A stretch of DNA of 64,000 nucleotides from contig NC_047062.1 in NCBI RefSeq assembly GCF_902459465.1, forward strand, positions 21,576,001 through 21,640,000. The letters are read 5' to 3'. A model generated the notes under the pieces. The model saw only the letters and a list, made by a program, of their open reading frames with translations. It was not told the origin of the DNA and did no database searches. The DNA is from Asterias rubens. Taxonomy: Eukaryota. The position numbers were made by a program, and so were the translations under genes. Shown here in pieces: positions 24,506 through 35,400 of the stretch (the first letter of the stretch is position 1; every line of letters begins with the position of its first letter).

Positions 24506-27500
24506 TTAGTACCATATTGATGGTTTATACATTAATACAATTGCCTCTCCCGATCGTAGAAAAATACTAGAAAATTCAACAGTCTTCCCTATTCGAGTTT
24601 GGTCAGAAGCCACAACGACCGTACCATCCATAGGAATTCCTTCAGATGAGTTCTCGAAGTCCTCAGTCACTCCATAGTTTCCAACGTTGATGGCAGCAAA
24701 CACAGCTAACGGTGTCCCACTGTCGCTGTCGCCGCTGTGCCTTGTAAAAGCGAAGATTTCTTTGAATGTTTTATGCAGACGAAACTCATTGATTCCAAAT
24801 AGTTCTGGATTGCCTCGACGGAAGTGAATTGTTTGCTGAATGAATGCGAGGTGGGAGGTGTTGACTTGTCTTTGGATCTATCAAAAAAAATCACAATATG
24901 TGAAATAAAAGTTTTGAAATTTTTAGTGCTCGAAAATAATTAATTTCTTGGGATTTCTCTGGCTCAGAGGACCGGTCGCTGTAACATCATGAAACGTGTT
25001 TCTCATTATAAGAAGTTACCCCCAATTTCAATCAATGTGTCAATATTACGTTTTTTCAGATTGTGTCATAAACTATTGAAATGTTGAGAATGGCTGCATC
25101 TGTAAATAGATATAATGAAATAAATAAATATAATATAATGTAACCGTTATTTGTTGTACCTGTACGTTGACCTGGCTTGCATTCACGCCGACTGGTATCC
25201 ACGGTTCTGTCGAAGCATCAGTAAAACCAGCATTCGTATCCGTGGACCACTGCATTGGTAACCGGGTAAGCTCTCTGTCTGACTCCATCTAAAATGAAAA
25301 TATGATTATAATCAATTGAATTTCTTCTTCTTTAAGTATTTTTCTTCTTCCAATTTATTTTGAACAAACAATGATATTTTGGTGTTTGGGCAATCGTTTA
25401 GGTCATCATAGTTCTCATTAAAACATTTACCCTGCTGGAACCAATTCCCTTTTCCTACAATGCCCTTTGTCGCTACATGTGGAAGAAATTCCCCCAAAGC
25501 AAGTCTCAGAAGGAAGATTAGGCTACCATTTCATTTTTGTTTTCGATTTCATCCGTTTTGACACTAATTATAAGGAACACGTAACACGTGCACGAGAGCA
25601 GTTTTACATGCAACCAGTTCCATCTCCAAGAAGAAAACAAAGATCTTGAATCCTCATGTCAATTTCAACATACTATCTTTGGAGACTATGTGGTCGACAA
25701 ACTTTGTGTACTTCAAAGTGCTCCTTTTTGTGCTCCTTGGAGCGCCTCCAAGTTGCCTGTCAAAATTGCCATGTGTGACAAAGCATTATTGCATTATTGA
25801 GTATTTTTCTGTGCATGTCTCGATTATCTTACCAATATCGTGGCAGGATCATTGGACGATGTGTTCATCTTCACTCCGTCCACCATACCAATCTCATCTC
25901 CGTAGTATATCACAGGGGAGCCTGGGAGCATGACCATCAAGAACAGCAAAGCTTTGGTAAAATGGGCTCCAGTGCGTGATGCGATGCGGCTGACGTCTGC
26001 AGTGCCAACCTGTATGATGAGTGGAGATTGTTTGAAAGTTTCAAATAATAAAAGTTGATTCAAAATGAAATTTGGGTAGTTAGAAACTGAGTTGCACATT
26101 ATTGTGAACAGATTATTAGTTCTTAACAATGTACAAAGACACCTACACCATGCACCAAAAAATTAAATGTTTTAATTGATTTTGTTTACCCTTTTCAAAA
26201 AACTATATTAAAAAAATATGATATCACACCCTGACGGAACATTCTGTTGATTTTCACTCACTGGCATGCATTCACTATTATTTATGCTGTTTTCAAGAGT
26301 GTTTTTGTTTTGTTTGTCAATTCGACGCAGAAGAACAATTCCGAATTCGGCAAAACGAAAAGCAATCAGATTGGAAATGTCCTTGGATTGTTCTTTTCAT
26401 CGTCCCCGAGTTAATAATTAAACATAAACTGTAATAATTTACAATTGTGTTTAATATGACGAAATAAATAAAATAATCGCACTCTCATGAAACGGCCAGA
26501 ACTTACAGCCCAGTTTCGGGACACCGAGGAAGGTCCAGCAGCGATCCAGTTCTCGACGGCCGCCCGTATCTGATGCCCGTCCAGCGGTACGGACAAGTCC
26601 AAAAACATGAAGTTAAATGGATATCCAGCTCGCTTCACCTCAACGTCCATAGATGCATTGCTGTAAATCGCTGCAGCTAGGCCGAGATCAGTGCCAACAT
26701 CAACCACAAGAAGTCTGTAAGTTCGGAAATATTATTAATTAATCTACAATGTCACTTCATTTTGTACCTGTAAAAATAAGTGCAGATAACGGCAATAACT
26801 ATAGACGAGTTTTATACATGGACCTTCAAATAGTTTTACTTAGATCCACACCATGCAAAACCATTCAACCATTACTCAATAAAATAATATTCAAAACCAC
26901 GTTTATTGTCATAACCTTATCGGTTCCGACTCGGGACACTAAACTTTTAGGAACCATTTTCTGATGACGTGAAAGAGATGCGAACTGAACTGACTTACTT
27001 CGATTTTGATTTCGGTCGACCAGGGGCATCATTTTTGTATTCATCCATAAGTTGGCGCCATCCTCCTACTACATCCTGTACATGCATGTTGTTCGGTTCC
27101 TGTCAACAGAAATGAGAGAAATCATCTTTTAAAATTAAGGTTTTGTTTTCCCCTCACGCGAATGTTACTTCATCCCTCGCTTATTTCCATTCTTTCATTG
27201 CAATTTTTGGGGTACAGCGATTACTCAAAGCGGGGTCGTGCTGACGATATTTCACGGTAGATCCGATTTGCCTAAAATGTTGAAGTGGAAATTATAATAC
27301 AGTGAGTTTTCCGTTCTGCAGCGAAACTCAAATTTTTAAGTCGTTCGTTTTGCAGTCATTCTGAAATATAGGGAAATGATTGAAAAAATGCCCGGTCTGT
27401 AAAGTCCTCGGAAAGATTGAAAGACAAATTTACGACGATAAAAAAAAACATCTTGTACTTTTCTTACCGGCATATCACCAGATGAGCTAACACTTCCATC

Positions 27501-30352
27501 GTTATTATCTGAACTGTACGGCGCCATCACTGTTTCGAAGATGCGATCTGTATGACGCATGTAGAAACCATCAACTCCCCTGCCCAACCAGAATGACATA
27601 GCAGCCTACATTGTGCAAAGTATTCAAACATGGATTATTTTTTCCACTCTTTTAAGCTTGATATATCAAATGTGTTATGCATGTAGAAAACTATGCGAGC
27701 ACGTCCAATGCAATGGTTAGACTGCTGGACTTGTGATGGCAAGGTTATGGTTTCAAACTATCAAGCTATAACCACGGATTTCACAATTACTAGAATAAGT
27801 GTCGTTTAGTTAAACTGAATAAAAACGTATTGATGTGTGCATTTCGTATGAGAGAGATTTGGCTGTTGCCAGGTTGGTGTTTATATCAACTTGTGGGAGT
27901 TTGCCAAGTTCCATTGACGGGAAGATCATCTAAAAATAAAACTTTAAAACTAAACAAAAAACACCCGACAAACAAACAAACTAACAAACAAGCAAACAAA
28001 CTGATAAACGAAAGACATAGGCCTAATCAAAGTTTGGTAATGCCTCGTTTTGGTTACAGTATAACTAGTCGAACGTAAACAAAATGGCTGCAAAAAAAAG
28101 TTTTTTTTATGGACTTGGTGGAGGCCAATTCAGCGAAACTTTACCTGGATGTCCCTGACGACCTTCGGGTTGTGGTAATTCAGATCGGGTTCCTCCGTCA
28201 TAAACGTATGGAGATACCACTGCTGTCTGTTGGAGTCGTACTCCCACGCCGAACTGCCCTCTGTTGACAACTGAGTAATTAATTAAATTAGGCGGTCGTT
28301 AATTAAAAGAACCTAAAAATGAAGTCGTCGAGATTGAAATGGCCCTGTGTTGAGGGACGAAATGAATGTAAAGTTCGACAGCAATAATGGCGTGGGAAAG
28401 GGATTTGGGACAAGGGATTGGGACAAAGGTTGGGAGCCCCCCCCCCCCAAGTATTTCTTTGAGAAGTTATTTCAACTCGGACACATAAAACAATGCATTA
28501 TTATTTTCGTATCGAACCATTTCTGTTGGCGGTCCCCCATCCAGACCGTCAGCCCAAACGTAGTAGTCGCTGTAGGCGTTGTCATCACTCTGTCGACTCT
28601 GTTGAAACCATGGATGCTGGTCACTAGAATGGTTCGGAATGAACTCCAGTATTAACTTCATACCTTCCAATCAAACAATAAGACAAAGGGTTATTAAAAA
28701 GCACACCTTTTTAGACACAAAGCCCGTTTAATATCAAAGTTTGTGTTTTCTTGTTTGGTAATGAATTTTAGGCAAGTCTGCGGGGAGACTTTTGATCTCA
28801 TGCGTTGACAGCTACTAAAACAATGAATTAGAATGATAGTTATTAAAACACATAGATCTTACTTTTGTTGTGCACTGCGGCCACGAGCTCTTCAAAATCT
28901 TGCAAAATTCCAAAGACTCCATCCACTGCAGTAAAATTAGTGACGTCCATCCATAAATCCAATCTAGAGGACTCGAATATTGGTCCCAGCCAGATGGCGT
29001 CCACTCCCAAGTATTCGAGATAGTCTAGCCGCGAGATAATTCCTGTAAATATTAAAGTATAAGTCACTGGACACGTTCGTATTTGTCAAAGACCGGTAGC
29101 CATATTCTCACTTGGTGTATTCCAACATTAGGGGCCTAAAATAACAAATCTGTGAAAATTGTGGCTCAAATGGTAATCGAAGTTGCAAGAGATCAATGAA
29201 AGAATAAAAACCCTCGTTGCACAATCGGTATGCTTTCAGATGCCCGAGAAAGGCTTCAGTGCTCGAGTCTTTCTCAAATTTTAGTGAGAAATTACATCTT
29301 TCTCAAAGTTACTTAAAAGGTATTATAGTTGTTTCCGCCAATGTTTTACACTATCAACAGCTCTCCACTGCTGGCAAGTGAGTTTTTGAGTAATATCAAA
29401 TGTGTCCAGTGCATACAGGACACAAAACAGGATAGAAGACGTTGAGCTTTTAGCGGCGAGTGGGCGGGGCCGATCGTCCCCCTTTACGGTGTTGTCTTTA
29501 CGAGTAAACCACGCCCCCATTGAGGTCATGATCAAAGCGACTGCTGCGAAGAAAACATCCAGTTCGTTGAAATTGACAGTGAAACCATGGAGGACTTCCT
29601 TCCTCCATGGTGGAACCAACCACACAATACACTGCAATTTTTCGTTTATGGGTTTTGTTGATATAGACTAAGTAAATTCATGGGATAACTTTCCGTATGG
29701 CGCCACCACTTTTTCACTCATTTTTACAAAAAGGGATATATCATTGAGGTAAATTAGATACTATATTATTTCATATCGAATGAAAAAGTGGTGGCGCCAT
29801 ACGAAAACTTTTCCAATTCATGCAGTGTTTATTTACATTTGGTGAGGAATAGAAATTTTCATCGCTGAATAAGTTATTATGAATGAAGGTCATGCATAAT
29901 ATTTGTACATGCACTTATGTCTCGTGTGCATAAATGCAAACAAGCCTACCTTTTATATCTCCCAAACCATCCCCATTACTGTCTTGGAAGGAAGATGGTA
30001 CAACCTGATAGCTGATGGCAGTTTCATACCAATGCCTCTCACCCGAGCATACAGTCTCATCAGTGTGTCCTCTGGCCAATATAACGATACACGCTATGAA
30101 CATAGCCAGCCAAACAACGCCAATCGAACCCAGCAAGACCCAACGGGTCACCCGCCAGACGGTGTGGCTGGACCGTACATCCACCTCGTACTGGTCCATC
30201 CCGGCCCAGCTGGCCTGGTAGAAGATGCCGTCATCCTCGTCGAATTTACAGGTGCTGAGGTTGCGAGGGATGCGCTGGCGGAGGTCTAGTTGCGGATTTG
30301 GCTCTGTGCTTATAATATCCGGACTGAACGACGGGTTTGCTGTGCCGTCCAT
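24506..30352 (-). CDS. SLC3 / alpha-glucosidase-like type II membrane protein, paralog 2 (probably non-catalytic), 10 exons, 659 aa
   Basis: Exons: 30352-29950, 29042-28863, 28663-28518, 28270-28145, 27605-27468, 27099-26999, 26714-26507, 26009-25833, 25288-25160, 24877-24506. Total 1980 nt with consistent phases. Motifs: WAGM, a TM helix, SYQVVPSSFQDSNGDGLGD, PNHSSDQHPWF, EPDLNY, GVDGF, WRQLMDEY, LPGSPVIYYGDEIGM, RLPMQW. The exon 3 splice sites are weak. Confidence 0.88.
29065..29307 (-). mobile_element. Partial family A-related MITE in intron 1 of SLC3 paralog 2
   Basis: cactggacac..tttgtcaaagacc..ttctcacttggtgtat..tgtgaaaatt..gaagttgcaagag is the reverse complement of the family A 3' half. 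Confidence 0.7.
29683..29814. mobile_element. GG-terminal MITE (132 bp) with 8-bp TSD in intron 1 of SLC3 paralog 2 (Merlin- or hAT-like)
   Basis: Same TIRs as 22404-22544. A perfect direct repeat AATTCATG lies at 29675-29682 and 29815-29822. Confidence 0.88.
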
Positions 30353-30869
30353 TTTTAATATACAGACGGTTACTATTCGGACTGCAGGCCTGCGTCAGTC
30401 TTTTGTATTGAACTTCTTTTTTTTTGCAGTAGCCGGGACAGGACTATGTACACAAAGAGTAACATAACAAAAGCCACTGTGGTTGAGTTATGCAGCCCGG
30501 CTGAATAATCATTGACAATAATGATTGAGTTGTATACTCAATGAAGATGTCATAATGGGCACTATAAGTACGTTACCTAGGTTGGTTCACTCATAAATGT
30601 GACCTCAGACAAGCTATAATGATATTATTTTCTAAACTGTCGCAACCCCAGGCTGAACCCCGTGCATTTTTAAATTCGGACAAAGGTTGCAAATTGAATT
30701 GAATTAAAACAAAAAATTTGCCGCTCAATATTTTGTGTATTTTTCAGTTATCCTCTCAATTTGCAACTCACAAAAAGCTATGATGTACACCATTTATCGA
30801 CAGGCGTTATCCGGTATTGCCGTCTAATACACATAATACAAAATTATCGCGTTGAATCTTTGGGCACAA

Positions 30870-31290
30870 CGTTTTCAGGCTCGTAATAATTGGGAACTTT
30901 GCGATTCAAAAAGAAAGTTCCAAAATGCCAAGATTAAGTTTGTCCTTTTGTCAAAATTATGGATCTTTGCAAAACACAGGTTTCAAGGCTCTCGTAAAAA
31001 ATGCATGGGAGCCAGAGCCCCGTTTCGAAAATACCAAGGGTTTTTTTCTTTTAACAAAAGATCTTTGCAAAACGCAGGTTTTCAGGCTCATAAAAATAAC
31101 TGTGGGAGCTTGGTAATTCCAGTACCCGTTTCGAAAAAACAAGGTATTTCCTTTTGTTAAAACTAAAGATCTTTGCAAAACGCAGGCTTCGGGCTCGTAA
31201 AATAACTGGGAGCTTGGTAATTCAAGAACAATGTAAACCGTTTCGAAAATACCAAGGTTTTCCTTTTGTTAAAACTAAAGTCTTTTCAGT
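30870..31290. repeat. Degenerate tandem repeat of about 100-110 bp, 3-4 copies, upstream of SLC3 paralog 2
   Basis: GATCTTTGCAAAAC recurs near 30962, 31060 and 31168. CCGTTTCGAAAA and GGGAGC also recur. Confidence 0.85.
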
Positions 31291-31466
31291 CTCAGAAAAG
31301 GCATCCGGAAGCTTTGTATTCCAGACCAGTAATCTACATTTAAAATACCCAGGCTCATCAATTTTGGATTTAAACTCAACGTCTAGTATCTCTTGCTGCT
31401 GATGTCATGATTTATTTTGTTAGTTTGGTAAGGCAACAACAACAATGTTATCATAAAAAAAAACAA

Positions 31467-31803
31467 TTAAAGGCAGTGGACAGTATTGGTAATTACTCAA
31501 AATAATTGTGAGCATAAAAACATGGTAACAAGCAATGGAGAGCTGTCGAGTATAAAACATTGTGAGAAACGGCTCCCTCTGAAGTGACGTAGTTTTCGAG
31601 AAAGATGTTATTTCCACAAGTTTGATTTTGAGACCTCGGAATTAGATTATGAGGCCCCGAAATCAGGCATCTGAAAGCACACACCTTTCTTCCATTATTC
31701 GACTACCAATTGAGTTCAAATTTTCACATTTTGTGCATATGTTGAGATACCATAGTGAGAAGACTGGTCTTTGACAATTACCAAAGGTTTCCAGTGTCTT
31801 TAA
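31467..31803 (+). mobile_element. TTAA-flanked MITE family A (Kolobok-like)
   Basis: TTAA|AGGCAGTGGACAGTATTGGTAATT at the start and AATTACCAAAGGTTTCCAGTGTCT|TTAA at the end, with the shared internal sequence. Confidence 0.88.
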
Positions 31804-32175
31804 CACAAAACTCTATCCTTTAGAGCATCCACTTATTTCTTGACAAGATTGTTACACACTTTGATTAAAACATATCCTGCAGCAGACAAAACCTTCACCC
31901 CTTCACAATCTGATATCAATATTAGATTCTCAATGCGATACGCGCTAATCATTACACAAAATGTGACGTCTCTTTTGAATTTCTTTCTTCAGTGTATGTA
32001 ACTTTCTCTTCATTTGAACATGGGTGTGTACATTTCTCTGCGACTTGCTGAGAGAAATGATTTTGTTGGGTAACTGGCATACAACATATAAACCTACACG
32101 ATGTTAAGCGTAAAGTCTGATTCTCAAAAATATGTTTTAATATCAACAAGTCAAAAAACATGCTTCGTATTTGAT

Positions 32176-32326
32176 AGGGCCAGGGCACCAAGGTATTTTC
32201 TCCTTGGTAAAGGGTACCCTATGAGGAAATTGTAAATTTCTTCTTAAGCATTTCAAGGACACCAAGGCAATGACCTGAGGACAGGGAGGCAATTGCCTTC
32301 ATTGCCTCTGTGAATTATCAGGCCTG
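32176..32326 (-). mobile_element. CAGG-terminal hAT-like MITE, partial
   Basis: Reverse complement of most of 21811-21986, ending ATCAGGCCTG. Confidence 0.75.
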
Positions 32327-32406
32327 CACTTTTGTGAATACTGGCAATAAAGAAGACCTCATTATTATAATTCAAATGTTGTGACACCTAAATTCCTCTG
32401 TTGAAA

Positions 32407-35400
32407 TCAACTCTCCTCAGGCAAGCGCTTATTAATCCAGTCTTTAAGCATGTACAGTTCTGGAGCACTCAGCTCATGGTATAGTTTGGGGAAGGTGTGA
32501 CAGTCACACTCTACATTCAAGTCCGATAGCTGCTTAATGGTTTCATTTGTCCAGTCACTCAATACAAGTTGGTCCCTCAGGCCTTGACAGGCAAACAGTG
32601 GAGGTGACGATGGCTTCGATTTTAGGGCCTGTTGGGGGGGGGACAAACAAAATTAATAACTTTAACACAAAAGGCATATCTCAATTATTCATTTCAATTT
32701 GATTAAACTTTATATTCGATTAAAGTTTTTCTTTGTTCAACCAAAATTACAAAGTAGCTCCAATACATGTTTTAAACTTCAGAGTTTATCAGAATAGACC
32801 GATCCAGTAGGCTCCGCCCACGACGCACGTGTGAGCAAGAACATGTGGGGCTCTCCATTGCCTTTCTGCACAACTCTGCCGCGCGCGCCAATATACGCGC
32901 ACGCATGTCGGACCTTATTTGTCGGAACTTCGTTGCATTGTGGTTGGTCAATTAGCAATGGGGCAGAGCTTAGTGGATGGGTCTATTGAATTGAATTTAA
33001 TTTAATGGTTTATTCGTCAAGTATATAAAAATACATGAAATTTATAATCCCTTTGTACAGCAACACAAAATTATTAAAATGAAAGCTTTCTCTAACTGAA
33101 AAGTCTGTTATGTAAACTGTTCAGAGGAGGAAAAATTAATCAAACAAAAAGTCTTCAACAAAATATCATTATTGTGTTAACTGGTGACCAATGCAAATGA
33201 TAAATACCACAGAAAGTGCTCTTAAATTTATGCAAGTGTCATATGACTTACATTGTATACAACTGAGTTGTCATTGAGGAAGCTCGATAGAGCAAACACT
33301 CCGGCGACATCCTGGTGGAACCGATAAGCTAAATGCATTGCCATTCCTCCACCCATTGAAAATCCTCCTGAATGAGTGAAAACAATGCACATTTATTTCT
33401 TAGCCTCTGTAAATAATAACATTGAAAATAATACAGAAATATCTCATCAGATTTTCAACCAAAAATCCTCCCTCCTCAAAAGAGCATATTGATTTTTACT
33501 GATTAATACAATAACTTTCAATTTGGTTGAGTATTGTAGTATTCTTTTCTTAGTGCTTGTTCCAAAAATAGCTTGAATGTTAAACTGTGTAACGATTCTA
33601 GTCTTGAAACAAATACTCTACAAGCCTTGCAGTCTTGTCGAATAATATAAAAATAATATAATAATTTGAGCCCTGGTTATTGAAAACCAATATTCCCCCC
33701 AAAGTGCGGGAGAACCCAATTAGGATTTAGTGTGTCTGGGCACGTATTCGGCCAATTTTCAAAGGTTTTTTCTTTCAAACTGTAACTTACCCAGAACAAT
33801 CCTCTGCTTGTCGATTCCGCCATCCACCTCGTTCTGGATGATTGCTCCAAGCTGCTCACAAACAGGATCAGTGGTTTTAAGAAGCTCAGGAACATTGGGT
33901 GATATCCTTGTTCTGTCATACCACACTGAGCTCAGCGCACCTCCAGAGGGTGTGTAAGGTCTGGAAAGCAAAAAGCAGTTGTTGTAAAAAGTTGCAGATA
34001 TTCATTTACCACCCTTAACCCTTCAAAACCCAACTGCATTTTTTGTTTGATTCTGTTGAACTGGACACGATAATCAGTAAATTTAATCAGTGCAGTGCAT
34101 ATGCCAAAGGAGCCTTGAAAGGAGCATTGTTGGCTAATAAGAAGATACACAAAAGATTCAAATAGAGTTGTGCATCTATGTTAATTGAACTAACAGTTGA
34201 AATGGAACTTGTGACTTCCTTTTAACAAAATTGTCCACAAAATACAATTCAGCAGCATTACAAACTTTAAGTTTACATGGGTCTATCTAAAATATGAAAA
34301 ATAAAAAATAAAAGAAATGTTGCATAATTATTTTATAAAACAAAATCTGCCCACAATTTTGTTTCTCCCCTTAGATTTCCAACCCTCAAATAAAACAAAG
34401 CCTACAATAAGCTTGAGGTATTCCTAAGCTAGGATTTTGTAGTCCCCCAAGTCTTTTTTTATGGGATAATTGAGGCATTTCCTTTACTGTCATAGGAATA
34501 AAAAAAACACATGTAACTGTGTTTTTTCTCCTAAGATGGCTGAGGCATTTCCTTCGAAAAAAAAACAGGTATAGTGACTATGTTTTTCCGTATAGGATAG
34601 TTCTTGGATGTTTTTCCCTTTAAAGGCAGTGAACACTATAGGTAATTACTCAAAACAATTATTAGCATATCACCTTACTTGGTAACGAGTAATGGGGAGA
34701 GGTTGATGGTATAAAACATTGTGAGAAACAGCTCCCTCTGAAGTGACGTAGTTTTCGAAAAAGAAGTAATTTTCCACGAATTTGATTTCAAGACCTCAAG
34801 TTTAGAATTTGAGGTCTCGAAATCAAGCATCAGAAAGCACACAACTTTGTGTGACAAGGTGTTTTTTCTTTCATAGGTTTGTTATTTTATGCATATGTTG
34901 AGATACACCAAGTGAGAAGACTGGTCTTTGACAATTACCAATAGTGTCCACTGTCTTTAAATAATAAGTCAGACATTTTCTTCAAGGTGTGATGTAAGTT
35001 CTACGGAAGTCAGTGTACAAAACAAGTACACAGGACCTGCGGCCATCAATGTACCATCCAAAAGGATGTTAAACTACACATTTTGATAATCAAGGTCAAC
35101 ACAGGTAGATTTGATCAAAACGGTCACAAAGCTGAGCCAATGTGAGAAATAAGGCATTAATTTTAGAAGTGTTGGAAGCTACAGGCCTAGGTGTGATGTA
35201 CTGCAAAGCATACAGGCCTGAATTGCTGTGGGTGGTGTGTGTTATATCAAGGCCTGCATTCTCATTCTCTTTTGTTACTGTTCTATTATACCTCACACCT
35301 TGTAGGAGCTGTTGGGAAGATCACTTTGATGTGAGGGAACTGGAAATCATCTTGAACCAGAGACCGGATCCATTCTAGAACACCGTCTGCTGTATCACCT

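Noticed and set aside
27225-27271. Extra exon in SLC3 paralog 2 intron 5 (acceptor ttttag, ANRIYREISS...)
   Set aside because: The available donor leaves phase 2 and would break the frame. Exon 5 joins exon 6 cleanly without it.
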